From a virus (taxonomy: Duplodnaviria; Caudoviricetes), in the IMG/VR virus record IMGVR_UViG_2925282926_000001, positions 1 to 64,000 of that record: a DNA stretch of 64,000 bases; one strand, written 5' to 3'. The position numbers were made by a program, and so were the translations under genes. Below are positions 19,551-27,191 of the stretch, piece after piece. Position 1 is the stretch's first letter. Every line of letters begins with the position of its first letter. The notes below the pieces were generated by a model. It was not told the DNA's origin. It did no database searches and saw only the letters and a list, made by a program, of their open reading frames with translations.

Positions 19551-20018
19551 TTAATCTTCTGACCTAAGTTCGATCATGGCATCTACAATGACATCAACAA
19601 TTGCCTGTGCCTTTGGTTGATCTTCTTCTGTCAGGTCGTTTATTTTTGGGATACCGACCGTATTCCTCACTATCACGGACAACGCATTAATCATTTGATA
19701 TCGATTCGGTGAACTGAGAGGAGTAAGTCTTTCTAAAGCACTTTCCTTGATCGGTCTCCAAATCGCTGGACTTGTTTGATCAAGTTGAGTTAACGCCTTT
19801 TCCTGATCCTTCTTTTCTCCTAAAGGAAGCTTATTGAGTGCGTCTCTCAATTCTCGTAGCCCTTCTATGTTGTTGATGGAGAAGGAAGAAGCTGGCGTTT
19901 GTTTTCCTGTCTCAAAGTCCGAACATGCCACCTCCATAAGGTTCAAGGTGATTGCTGTACCTCGCTGTATGACTATCGCTGCCTGATCGTCAGTTAATGC
20001 AATTGCTTGTCGATTCAT
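19551..20018 (-). CDS. Hypothetical protein, possible ORF6C-like regulator
   Basis: Directly downstream of cro; GGGGTG RBS before ATG at 20018. Confidence 0.5.
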   Translation of the reverse strand: MNRQAIALTDDQAAIVIQRGTAITLNLMEVACSDFETGKQTPASSFSINNIEGLRELRDALNKLPLGEKKDQEKALTQLDQTSPAIWRPIKESALERLTPLSSPNRYQMINALSVIVRNTVGIPKINDLTEEDQPKAQAIVDVIVDAMIELRSED

Positions 20019-20057
20019 GTAACACCCCGTCTTTCTAAGAAAATACGGACAATCTAG

Positions 20058-20087
20058 TTGACTTTTCATACGGTTTTGCCGTATACT
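20058..20087 (+). promoter_or_regulatory. P_RE-like sigmaA promoter, antisense through cro towards cI, with palindrome ATACGG-N5-CCGTAT
   Basis: TTGACT-18bp-TATACT; palindrome at 20068-20084. Confidence 0.6.
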
Positions 20088-20100
20088 TCTATTAAAGTTA

Positions 20101-20517
20101 TTCCTAGATTCTAAGAATTCTTAGCCAAAAAAATTTCCTTCGGGTCTAACTCAAGACCTTCAATCTTACATAAGAGTTCAACTTCATCTGCGCTCATCAT
20201 AGAAGTCCCATCCATCAAGCGATAAAAACGCTTTTCAGGTATACCAGCTTTTGCTGAGATAGACTTCATAGAAGTGCCGGATGTAAGGATGTGAGCACGA
20301 ATGCGTTTGATCAAAGGAGTCAGGTAAGGTTTGCTTTTATCCTCAGCAACTTGACTCATTAGGTCACCTCCAATTCTTAGGTATTCTGTGTGAATTCCTA
20401 ATTTCTAAGAATCCGTGAGTCAAATATAACTCCTAGTATCTAAGAATGCAACCCCCTTTTTAAAATTAATTTTCTGATTATCCGAAAAACTAAGAATGGT
20501 TTCCATGTTTCTAGGAC
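20101..20517. promoter_or_regulatory. Immunity operators (TTCCTAG-N3-CTAAGAA-like) and leftward lytic promoter
   Basis: Copies at 20101-20117, 20395-20411, 20430-20446, weaker 20501-20517; minus-strand TTGCAT-17-TATATT at 20451-20423 spans the third copy. Confidence 0.7.
20111..20359 (-). CDS. Cro-like XRE HTH protein
   Basis: SMKSISAKAGIPEKRFYRLMDG; divergent from cI, first gene of the early operon. Confidence 0.75.
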   Translation of the reverse strand: MSQVAEDKSKPYLTPLIKRIRAHILTSGTSMKSISAKAGIPEKRFYRLMDGTSMMSADEVELLCKIEGLELDPKEIFLAKNS

Positions 20518-20559
20518 ATTATGGTAATATCAATAACCAAGGAGAGGTGAAGAAAAACC

Positions 20560-20943
20560 ATGCTCAAGTTGTACAGTGAACGCCTAAAAGAAGCGCGTTT
20601 AAAGGCGGGTTTGACACAAATTCAAGTGAGAGATCATACGGGGATCAACAACAAGACATTGAGTGGATACGAGAACAAAATCAGTGAACCGGATTATGAA
20701 ACATTAAAAGCATTGTGCGACTTATATGGAGTTACAACGGATTGGGTTTTGGGACACACAAATAACCCCCACAGCAAGTTAACCGAGGCTGAGAGGGTTA
20801 TGGTTGAAAAAGTGGAATTGAACGATGATTCTTTCATCAAGGGAGATTTTACTTTTGACGGAAAGGAACTGACAGAGGAACAGAAGCGCAAGCTACAGGC
20901 TATGGCTCGTCTACTTCTGAGTCAGTATCAACAAGGGAAATAA
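20560..20943 (+). CDS. CI-like XRE repressor lacking an S24 autopeptidase domain
   Basis: RLKEARLKAGLTQ..V...TGINNKTLSGYEN..SEPD..TL..LCDLYGVTTDWVLG. Confidence 0.85.
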   Translation: MLKLYSERLKEARLKAGLTQIQVRDHTGINNKTLSGYENKISEPDYETLKALCDLYGVTTDWVLGHTNNPHSKLTEAERVMVEKVELNDDSFIKGDFTFDGKELTEEQKRKLQAMARLLLSQYQQGK

Positions 20944-21025
20944 GAAACTCATCAATCAACTTTTGGTTTTCTGGCGTATCGGCTGCAATGGATTTCAAAA
21001 AATGCTCGGCATCAATGCTGTTCAT
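20900..21025 (-). CDS. 41-aa acidic protein, candidate SOS-inducible antirepressor (not in ORF track)
   Basis: MNSIDAEHFLKSIAADTPENQKLIDEFLISLVDTDSEVDEP; GGGGG RBS; TATAAT at 21061-21056. Confidence 0.5.
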   Translation of the reverse strand: MNSIDAEHFLKSIAADTPENQKLIDEFLISLVDTDSEVDEP

Positions 21026-21063
21026 AAGGCAAGACCCCCGGTATGTAGTATTGTAATTATATA

Positions 21064-21077
21064 CGAACGATTGTTCC
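21064..21077. promoter_or_regulatory. LexA (SOS/Cheo) box
   Basis: CGAACGATTGTTCC fits the Bacillus consensus CGAAC-N4-GTTYC. Confidence 0.75.
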
Positions 21078-21116
21078 TATGGAAGACTTAAAACTTAATA
21101 TGGAGGCATACATAAT

Positions 21117-21344
21117 ATGGCGCTTACCTTCGGGAAGTGCCTGTTGCGCGACATCCGCATCCAAGCCGGTTACACTCAGGATCAACTATCTGAGGCACTG
21201 CTTGAAGTGTGCGGATTAAATGTATCCACCACTCTATTGTCCTTTTACGAGACTAACAAGCGACCCATCCCAAGCCTTACTATGCGCGGGATCTGCATTA
21301 TTCTCGGATGCAATGAAAAGGACATATACGAGTGGCCGATGTAG
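21117..21344 (+). CDS. Small XRE HTH regulator
   Basis: GGAGG RBS; LRDIRIQAGYTQDQLS...LLSFYETNKR. Confidence 0.8.
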   Translation: MALTFGKCLLRDIRIQAGYTQDQLSEALLEVCGLNVSTTLLSFYETNKRPIPSLTMRGICIILGCNEKDIYEWPM

Positions 21345-21562
21345 CGTAACAGGCCGGGGCATTTACTGCTCCACCCGGAGGTTTTCTTTACCCCGTTGTA
21401 AAGTTGATTAAACGTCAACAGGAAATCATGTTCCTATTTCCCATTTAACCCCACATCACAAGATTTGTAAATTAAAATTGGGTCGTCCGAATTGAATCCA
21501 TTCGACACCACCATTCGACAACATATTACATTAGACTTGTGCTATAGTTTATAATCGAACGC

Positions 21563-21604
21563 AAAAAAGAGGGGCCCCCGCATTACGACGGAGGCCCCTC
21601 TTTT
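21563..21604. terminator. Bidirectional intrinsic terminator ending the agr-like operon
   Basis: AAAAAAGAGGGGCCCCCG..CGGAGGCCCCTCTTTT. Confidence 0.7.
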
Positions 21605-21999
21605 CATTGGAGTATTGGAACAAGTTTTTGTTGTTGTTTAGTCGCAACAGATAGTTCTTTTTCCAGATCGGTGTATCCTCTTGCGGACATAGAGCATCGC
21701 AATTCGTTTATTCTCCGGAACTTTTCGAAGTATGCATAATATGGCTTTGTCTCAGTCCGCCTTACCTTCATCACATTAACCGAATTATGCCGGTCTACGT
21801 CCATGAAATTTCCACCGCTGTTATTCATAACCTCAGTCCAATGCTCCTTGCTTCCCACAAAATAATAGGTTGCATCGGAAGTGTAAAAAGCGACCTTCCT
21901 ATACGTTTTTATATAAGAAAGATACAGTATGTCGGCGATCTTAACCTGAATAACATCGGTTTTTCCTTTATGATCAGCCAGAAGTGATACGTATTCCAT
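21604..21999 (-). CDS. Stand-alone LytTR DNA-binding protein (no receiver domain)
   Basis: IQVKIADILYL...VAFYT...NFMDVDRHNSVNVMKV is a divergent LytTR signature; only 131 aa. Confidence 0.8.
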   Translation of the reverse strand: MEYVSLLADHKGKTDVIQVKIADILYLSYIKTYRKVAFYTSDATYYFVGSKEHWTEVMNNSGGNFMDVDRHNSVNVMKVRRTETKPYYAYFEKFRRINELRCSMSARGYTDLEKELSVATKQQQKLVPILQ

Positions 22000-22014
22000 A
22001 TATGTTGTCCTCCA

Positions 22015-22143
22015 TTATTTTTTAAGCAAGTGTTGTGGTGGCTTAGGGTTGTTTACGAAGATCAAGCTTGCTGGCATTACAGACAGAGCTGCTACTGCAC
22101 CCAATCCAGTTGCGATTGCACCATAGATAGCTGTTTTAAACAT
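22015..22143 (-). CDS. agrD: AgrD-like cyclic lactone autoinducer precursor (not in ORF track)
   Basis: MFKTAIYGAIATGLGAVAALSVMPA-SLIFV-NNPKPPQHLLKK: hydrophobic leader, Ser-initiated pentapeptide, P-x-P..L tail; GGAGGTG RBS; overlaps the agrB stop. Confidence 0.85.
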   Translation of the reverse strand: MFKTAIYGAIATGLGAVAALSVMPASLIFVNNPKPPQHLLKK

Positions 22144-22678
22144 GTTTGTCACCTCCCTTCATGAAATGTTCGTTGGCTACTAATGTCAGAGCTTGTACGA
22201 AAAATGCTATTGCTGCCATAGACGATCCGAACCAAAGGTTTGATGCAACGATCAAAAAGGACACGATTTTAAGGGCTGGATAGAACCTCTCCGGAATACG
22301 GGTCTGGTTTTCAATTCCTGTTGGTGCATAGAAAAGCATAATAAACATACTGATTACTGTAAGGATAACAGTCCACTCTGAACCAATACTGAACATAGAC
22401 AGTGCAGTTGCTGCACCAGCCGTTATGATTGCGCACCCCATGCTTGTCTGTAGGTGTACTCCCCCTGAGAACAAGCGTAGAAAGGCAAAGCATTTTAACA
22501 GCATTACTGCTTCATTCAAACGACCAGTTGCCAAGCCTGCCAATACTGTTAAAACGACCACTGAAACAAAATTAAGAATAATGATTAGCGAGTGCCGCAT
22601 GCTGTCTTCTGGTACTGGGTGATTCGGAACTACTGACTTGATATGACGCGCCATTCTCCCCGCCACTACCTCAATCAA
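22136..22678 (-). CDS. agrB: AgrB-family peptide-processing membrane protease
   Basis: LRLFSGGVH...C catalytic pattern, YAP motif, several TM segments. Confidence 0.9.
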   Translation of the reverse strand: MIEVVAGRMARHIKSVVPNHPVPEDSMRHSLIIILNFVSVVVLTVLAGLATGRLNEAVMLLKCFAFLRLFSGGVHLQTSMGCAIITAGAATALSMFSIGSEWTVILTVISMFIMLFYAPTGIENQTRIPERFYPALKIVSFLIVASNLWFGSSMAAIAFFVQALTLVANEHFMKGGDKHV

Positions 22679-23256
22679 CGTGCTTCACGATCCTTTCTGA
22701 ATGCATAGTACAGAAACAGTGCAGATGCTCCCCCGAAAAACAATATGTTAGCCCATGACTCTTGCACGTACATTGTGATTGCAGTGAGTACGAATGCCGT
22801 AATAATGACGGTCACGACAATAGCTTTCTCTCGGGGGAGTTTCAGTTTTTGATATGGCGCCTCGATGCCCAAGCCGAATTTGTAGAGGAGATATGAAGCT
22901 ATTAAAAACAGAATACTTGTCACAAGCTGTAGGAGCTCTCCGCCAATTTTTTCAAATAGCAATGCTTGTGCAACTCCGTAGGGAAAGAATCCACTACCGG
23001 ATATAATTATTGACCATAGGATCGGAAGCCGAACAATAGTTGCAAGTATCAGGACATAGAACATTAAGTTTATCACCACAGCTAGAAATCCCAGATCTAG
23101 CCCTCGTAAGAAATGACTCTGCATGCCCATGAGTACAGACACTGACAGTGCCTGCCAGATGAATTCCATTGGATTCTCCCTGTATAACACCATCATGAAT
23201 ATAAATACCGTCAGTACTTCTATTGTTGAAAACAACATAAACGTGACCAGTTCCAT
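22675..23256 (-). CDS. Multi-pass membrane protein resembling an AgrC sensor region without kinase domain
   Basis: About 6-7 hydrophobic helices, no H-box or ATPase motifs; coupled to agrB. Confidence 0.65.
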   Translation of the reverse strand: MELVTFMLFSTIEVLTVFIFMMVLYRENPMEFIWQALSVSVLMGMQSHFLRGLDLGFLAVVINLMFYVLILATIVRLPILWSIIISGSGFFPYGVAQALLFEKIGGELLQLVTSILFLIASYLLYKFGLGIEAPYQKLKLPREKAIVVTVIITAFVLTAITMYVQESWANILFFGGASALFLYYAFRKDREAR

Positions 23257-23271
23257 CGTGCCTTATCCCCT

Positions 23272-23586
23272 TTATTCTGGCTTGTCTTTGCTACGCCACT
23301 CTTCCATGCGCTCTTGGTACTCATCAATCGACGGTTTAAACCAGAACGGCCTTGTCCCAACCATAACGTCAGGCTCTGGGAACATCTTGTTTTTGCGCAC
23401 ATGATGCATGTTCTTTGGGTCTGCGCCAATCTGTTCTGCTACTTCCTTACTCCCCAGGAGAGGTGGGTACTTTTTACCACGTATGATCTGTCTGGACTCT
23501 TCTAACTCTTCGACCAGTGCAGCGATCCGTTCTCCGACCTCTCCTCCCAGTTGGTCCGCCAAATCTCGGTACTGATTCAAGGTCAA
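23272..23586 (-). CDS. AlpA/MerR-superfamily HTH DNA-binding protein, first gene of the agr-like operon
   Basis: LLGSKEVAEQIG...FPEPD..VGTRPFW; AGGAGG RBS before TTG. Confidence 0.7.
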   Translation of the reverse strand: MTLNQYRDLADQLGGEVGERIAALVEELEESRQIIRGKKYPPLLGSKEVAEQIGADPKNMHHVRKNKMFPEPDVMVGTRPFWFKPSIDEYQERMEEWRSKDKPE

Positions 23587-23628
23587 TGCTCATACCTCCT
23601 TAATTTTCCTGTTTGTTTGTCTGCCATA

Positions 23629-23657
23629 AATATACGGTAAAGCCGTATGTATTGCAA
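23629..23657 (-). promoter_or_regulatory. sigmaA promoter of the agr-like operon with ATACGG-N5-CCGTAT operator
   Basis: TTGCAA-17bp-TATATT; palindrome at 23632-23648. Confidence 0.7.
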
Positions 23658-23746
23658 GAAGTATTTTCCTGATTCCCATAATAAATATAGAAACATTTTC
23701 CTAGTTCTGTTAGACTATACCCAAAACGTTCGAAGGGGAAATAACT

Positions 23747-23953
23747 ATGCGCTATTTACTTTGTTTCTTGCCACCACTTGCAGTATTGTCCTGTGGTAAA
23801 GTTGGTCAGTTCTTGCTTAGCTGTATCCTAACGCTATTCTTTTATGTTCCTGGTGTCATCCACGCCATATTGGTCGTTAACTCCTACAACGCAGATAAAC
23901 GTAACGACAAGCTTATCCGCGCCATTCAACATCAGCAGCGTCCACCAGTTTAA
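23747..23953 (+). CDS. YqaE/Pmp3-family small membrane protein
   Basis: MRYLLCFLPPLAVLSCGK..Q..L..ILTL..YVPGVIHA. Confidence 0.85.
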   Translation: MRYLLCFLPPLAVLSCGKVGQFLLSCILTLFFYVPGVIHAILVVNSYNADKRNDKLIRAIQHQQRPPV

Positions 23954-23966
23954 ACTATCTACTACA

Positions 23967-24006
23967 TAAAACGCCCGTATCCATTCTCTCTGGATCGGGC
24001 GTTTAC
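23967..24006. terminator. Bidirectional terminator
   Basis: TAAAACGCCCG..CGGGCGTTTA between convergent genes. Confidence 0.6.
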
Positions 24007-24012
24007 TATTAT

Positions 24013-24348
24013 TTAAGTGGTAGCCGACATAATATCAGCGATTTTTATATACTTCCAATCTTTATCAGGAAAAACAAGTTTGATTTCCATTCGAACCGTG
24101 TTTACAACAGATACAACACCCTCATACATCTTATCCTCTATTGGATCGAATTCAGTGATCTGTATACGTAACCGTTGATGAAAGGAATCATTTATTGCCC
24201 CTTGAATTAATTGCATCTCCTGTTCATCCAGAATCGGTTTTTCCTTCTCCAATGCTTTCGCTTGATGCTCAAGCCAGGCCTCCCTGTGCTCAGGCAATAT
24301 CATCCGAGATGACTCAAACAATCCGTTTCCCGCCAACTTGCTACTCAT
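24013..24348 (-). CDS. YolD-like protein
   Basis: KLAGNGLFESSRMILPEHRE...KPILDEQE. Confidence 0.85.
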   Translation of the reverse strand: MSSKLAGNGLFESSRMILPEHREAWLEHQAKALEKEKPILDEQEMQLIQGAINDSFHQRLRIQITEFDPIEDKMYEGVVSVVNTVRMEIKLVFPDKDWKYIKIADIMSATT

Positions 24349-24361
24349 AATAAGCGCCCCC

Positions 24362-24661
24362 TTAGTATTGAGTCCAATAGTCAGTATTACTGTTGTTGAC
24401 TGGCGGCTTCCTGTGCTCAACCTTAGGACGTTCTCCCTCTCGTTCCCAACCTTCCAAAATGACTAGATTAGCCGTATCCGACTTATCCTCCCAATGTATG
24501 TATCGTGCAGTTATTAGAGCCTCCAGTGCGTCCATAACGTCTGCTTTATACTTGCCTGTTTTAACGGTTAATTCGTGGACAGTAGGAAAACGCCGCCGTC
24601 CGCTTTTGTAGTTATATAAGATCCGTAACACCTTTCGCTCGTAATCAGATAACATATTCAT
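24362..24661 (-). CDS. SOS-regulated winged-helix protein
   Basis: LSDYERKVLRILYN...RFPTVHEL..KTG; AGGAGG RBS. Confidence 0.65.
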   Translation of the reverse strand: MNMLSDYERKVLRILYNYKSGRRRFPTVHELTVKTGKYKADVMDALEALITARYIHWEDKSDTANLVILEGWEREGERPKVEHRKPPVNNSNTDYWTQY

Positions 24662-24673
24662 CCCTCCTGAATA

Positions 24674-24710
24674 AGAACAACTGTTTGTATTATATGCGAA
24701 CAATCGTTCG
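24674..24710. promoter_or_regulatory. Two LexA boxes
   Basis: AGAACAACTGTTTG (24674-24687) and CGAACAATCGTTCG (24697-24710). Confidence 0.75.
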
Positions 24711-24770
24711 TTATTCAAGAAGAAAATAACTCCATCAGCGATAGGCCAATGGAGTTAGAGTGTTGCCCAT

Positions 24771-25205
24771 TCAAGGCTGAACTGCCTTTTCAATCTCTGC
24801 TCGCAACGCTTCAGTTAGTTGATCCGGATCCATAGATTTTTGATTTGGGATCTTGTCCAACTTAACCCAAGCCTCCTGTATCTTTGCCCTAATTACATCA
24901 GCACTAACCGTGATCCCCAAAGCCCGGAGACGTTTCACCGCATAATTAATAGCCAGATCCATTTTATCTGATCCAGCCAATTCACCAAGTGCCGCCTCAG
25001 CTTTAGCATATGCTTCCTGTGCAACACTCCACAATGCATTCTGGATAGACTCAGCAGACTTAGCTTCTGCCGCTGCCTTTCGTGCTGTGATCCACGCCCC
25101 AAGTTGACGCCACTCTTTCAGCAGGAACACGAACAGCAGGACAGCCAGCAAACACGCAATAGAGATAAGGGCATTTGTCACAACCGATTGGATTATTTCG
25201 TTCAT
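24771..25205 (-). CDS. Holin (LL-H-like)
   Basis: N-terminal TM, then AQEAY..AE...G..K...A...IRAKIQEAW. Confidence 0.7.
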   Translation of the reverse strand: MNEIIQSVVTNALISIACLLAVLLFVFLLKEWRQLGAWITARKAAAEAKSAESIQNALWSVAQEAYAKAEAALGELAGSDKMDLAINYAVKRLRALGITVSADVIRAKIQEAWVKLDKIPNQKSMDPDQLTEALRAEIEKAVQP

Positions 25206-25208
25206 CGT

Positions 25209-26039
25209 TTACACCTTCCTTTTGTATGATCTGACCATCTCAATGAACCGTGGTTCGAAAAGACCCATATTGTACATCATTTGAAGGATCTTCAATGCAG
25301 ATTGATCCTTGTCATTCGTAGTGGTAATTGCTTTAACAAACTTAGCTGCCTCTAGCGCCTCGTGATAGACTTTAGGTGGTGTTTGGTCACCGTTGATGTT
25401 TACGCGCGTCTGAAGGTCCTTCACGTCCGCCTTGAGCTGTTCAAATTCCTTCTTTTCATCTGCTGTCATGGGTTCACCCTCCTTTGATGGTGTAGCTGGT
25501 AGGATTATCGGTTTAATCGCCTGATACAGACGAGTCCATGGGAACTTAGGACCTGGACAGAATGGTTTACGTTTCGGATCCACTTGGAAATGTCCAATGA
25601 CATGTCGCTCATCCAGAATCATATCTTTGCCGTAGATCCTCTTAACTTCGGTTTGGATGTAGAAGTGCAGCCAAACAGATGCTTGGAACTGTGCATCTGT
25701 CAATTCACCGTCTGTACCCTCGTGCTCTATTGACACTGAGTATTTGTTTGGATTAGTCGGTGCGCGCTCTTTGATAATTGGAGCTGTCGCATTCTTGATT
25801 GCATCAACTTTCAAGCCGTTCGCCCAGGCCATCTTGTCAATTGCAACATACTGGTGAATCTCTCCGGACTTCGATACGCCGAAGTGAGCCGATGACACAG
25901 TGTTGCCGGAAGATTGGAACCATGAGTCCATAGAAGACATAGAGCCGCCGCTGATGTGGTTAACGATAATAACCGGGACGTTACCATCCCGGCTACTGAA
26001 ATTGGTGTTCTTATTTCCCTTCTGAGTGATCTTATACAA
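25209..26039 (-). CDS. Endolysin, N-acetylmuramoyl-L-alanine amidase (Amidase_2)
   Basis: IVNHIS, SAHFGV, AWANG, SIEHEG, IGHFQV, CPG. Confidence 0.9.
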   Translation of the reverse strand: MYKITQKGNKNTNFSSRDGNVPVIIVNHISGGSMSSMDSWFQSSGNTVSSAHFGVSKSGEIHQYVAIDKMAWANGLKVDAIKNATAPIIKERAPTNPNKYSVSIEHEGTDGELTDAQFQASVWLHFYIQTEVKRIYGKDMILDERHVIGHFQVDPKRKPFCPGPKFPWTRLYQAIKPIILPATPSKEGEPMTADEKKEFEQLKADVKDLQTRVNINGDQTPPKVYHEALEAAKFVKAITTTNDKDQSALKILQMMYNMGLFEPRFIEMVRSYKRKV

Positions 26040-26438
26040 CTACAATCCCCCCTTAACAAAAATAGCCGTTACAATTGCAATGACTGTCCCGCCCAAAACA
26101 AACTGTAGGAAGCTCATCCACTGTTTCTGGCTGGTTGTCCTCTCCTTCACACTGTCCTGTTGTGTTTGCTGGAGCCAGCTAAACAACTTCATTTCAAGCG
26201 TATCGATCTTCGTCATGACCTGATCAAATTGCAGTTGCATCATGCGAGTGGAATCCTTGAGCTGCCGGATCTCGTCATCATGCCGGCCTGTTGTTTGTTC
26301 GATAAGTTTAAACCTGGCTTCGTCTGATAATGTCTGTGCTGTCAATCGTGTGAATTCAGCACTTAAATTACTTAATTGTGCTGTTAACTCGTCTGTCTTC
26401 GTGCGCAACTTTTCAATTGTCAGCACCTCCTCTGGCAT
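26040..26438 (-). CDS. Coiled-coil protein with C-terminal TM (XhlA-like lysis accessory)
   Basis: Lies before the amidase; C-terminal FVLGGTVIAIVTAIF. Confidence 0.6.
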   Translation of the reverse strand: MPEEVLTIEKLRTKTDELTAQLSNLSAEFTRLTAQTLSDEARFKLIEQTTGRHDDEIRQLKDSTRMMQLQFDQVMTKIDTLEMKLFSWLQQTQQDSVKERTTSQKQWMSFLQFVLGGTVIAIVTAIFVKGGL

Positions 26439-26660
26439 GACCTTCTCCCCGCTCTCTCTCTGAATTTGATTTATTACAGACCACTCCAGACACAACAAAA
26501 AACACGCTCCGGATCCCGGACGTGTTACATACTCGATTAAGTTTCCAATCACCCCCTTGAAACTCTTTCTTTTTCTATTGAGCTATACACCACCAGGACA
26601 TTCCCCTATCAATGAATTTTCCCGGCTCACAACGTCACACCCTTTCCCCCTGCTATCTCT

Positions 26661-27191
26661 CTATGCCGAAACCACCCTCACATTAGAACAAAAAAGTTGT
26701 AGATTGGCAGATGGATTAACTGTATTATATGACACGTATAAGCATAATTTCATGTTGCCCTTCATGTTAAAACCTGTTGGCATATTATTGGATACTGATG
26801 TCTTAGCTGTTGCGTTGCTCAATAAGGCGCTGTTATTTTCGAAAATACAAATTGCGCTTGTTGCTTCTGATATTTGCAAGGCATAATAAGAAATAGAAGT
26901 ATTAGATGTAGCTCCCACTATCCATACTCGGTTAGCATCATCAAGCAAAGCTAAATGGTAGCTTAAGTTGGTGCTACTCGATGTAACGCCTATCTTCCCA
27001 TTAGATGCGTTGATAGACGATATTGATATTAAACTAGACGGAGGTATATCAGCAATTGTACGTACGTTACCAACGGATGCAGGATTGATTGCTATAGTTT
27101 CACTTATAGAAGGAGTTTGTACTAGCGCACTACTTTGTACAAACCCACCCAACCCGTAATTGCCCAGTGAATAATTATCAAGTGTCGGCAT
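26661..27191 (-). CDS. Hypothetical tail-fibre-associated protein
   Basis: Ser/Asn-rich, follows fibre genes. Confidence 0.55.
   Translation of the reverse strand: MPTLDNYSLGNYGLGGFVQSSALVQTPSISETIAINPASVGNVRTIADIPPSSLISISSINASNGKIGVTSSSTNLSYHLALLDDANRVWIVGATSNTSISYYALQISEATSAICIFENNSALLSNATAKTSVSNNMPTGFNMKGNMKLCLYVSYNTVNPSANLQLFCSNVRVVSA

Noticed and set aside
21604-23586. Canonical agrBDCA two-component system or arbitrium
   Set aside because: No kinase, receiver or TPR/RRNPP protein is present in the window.
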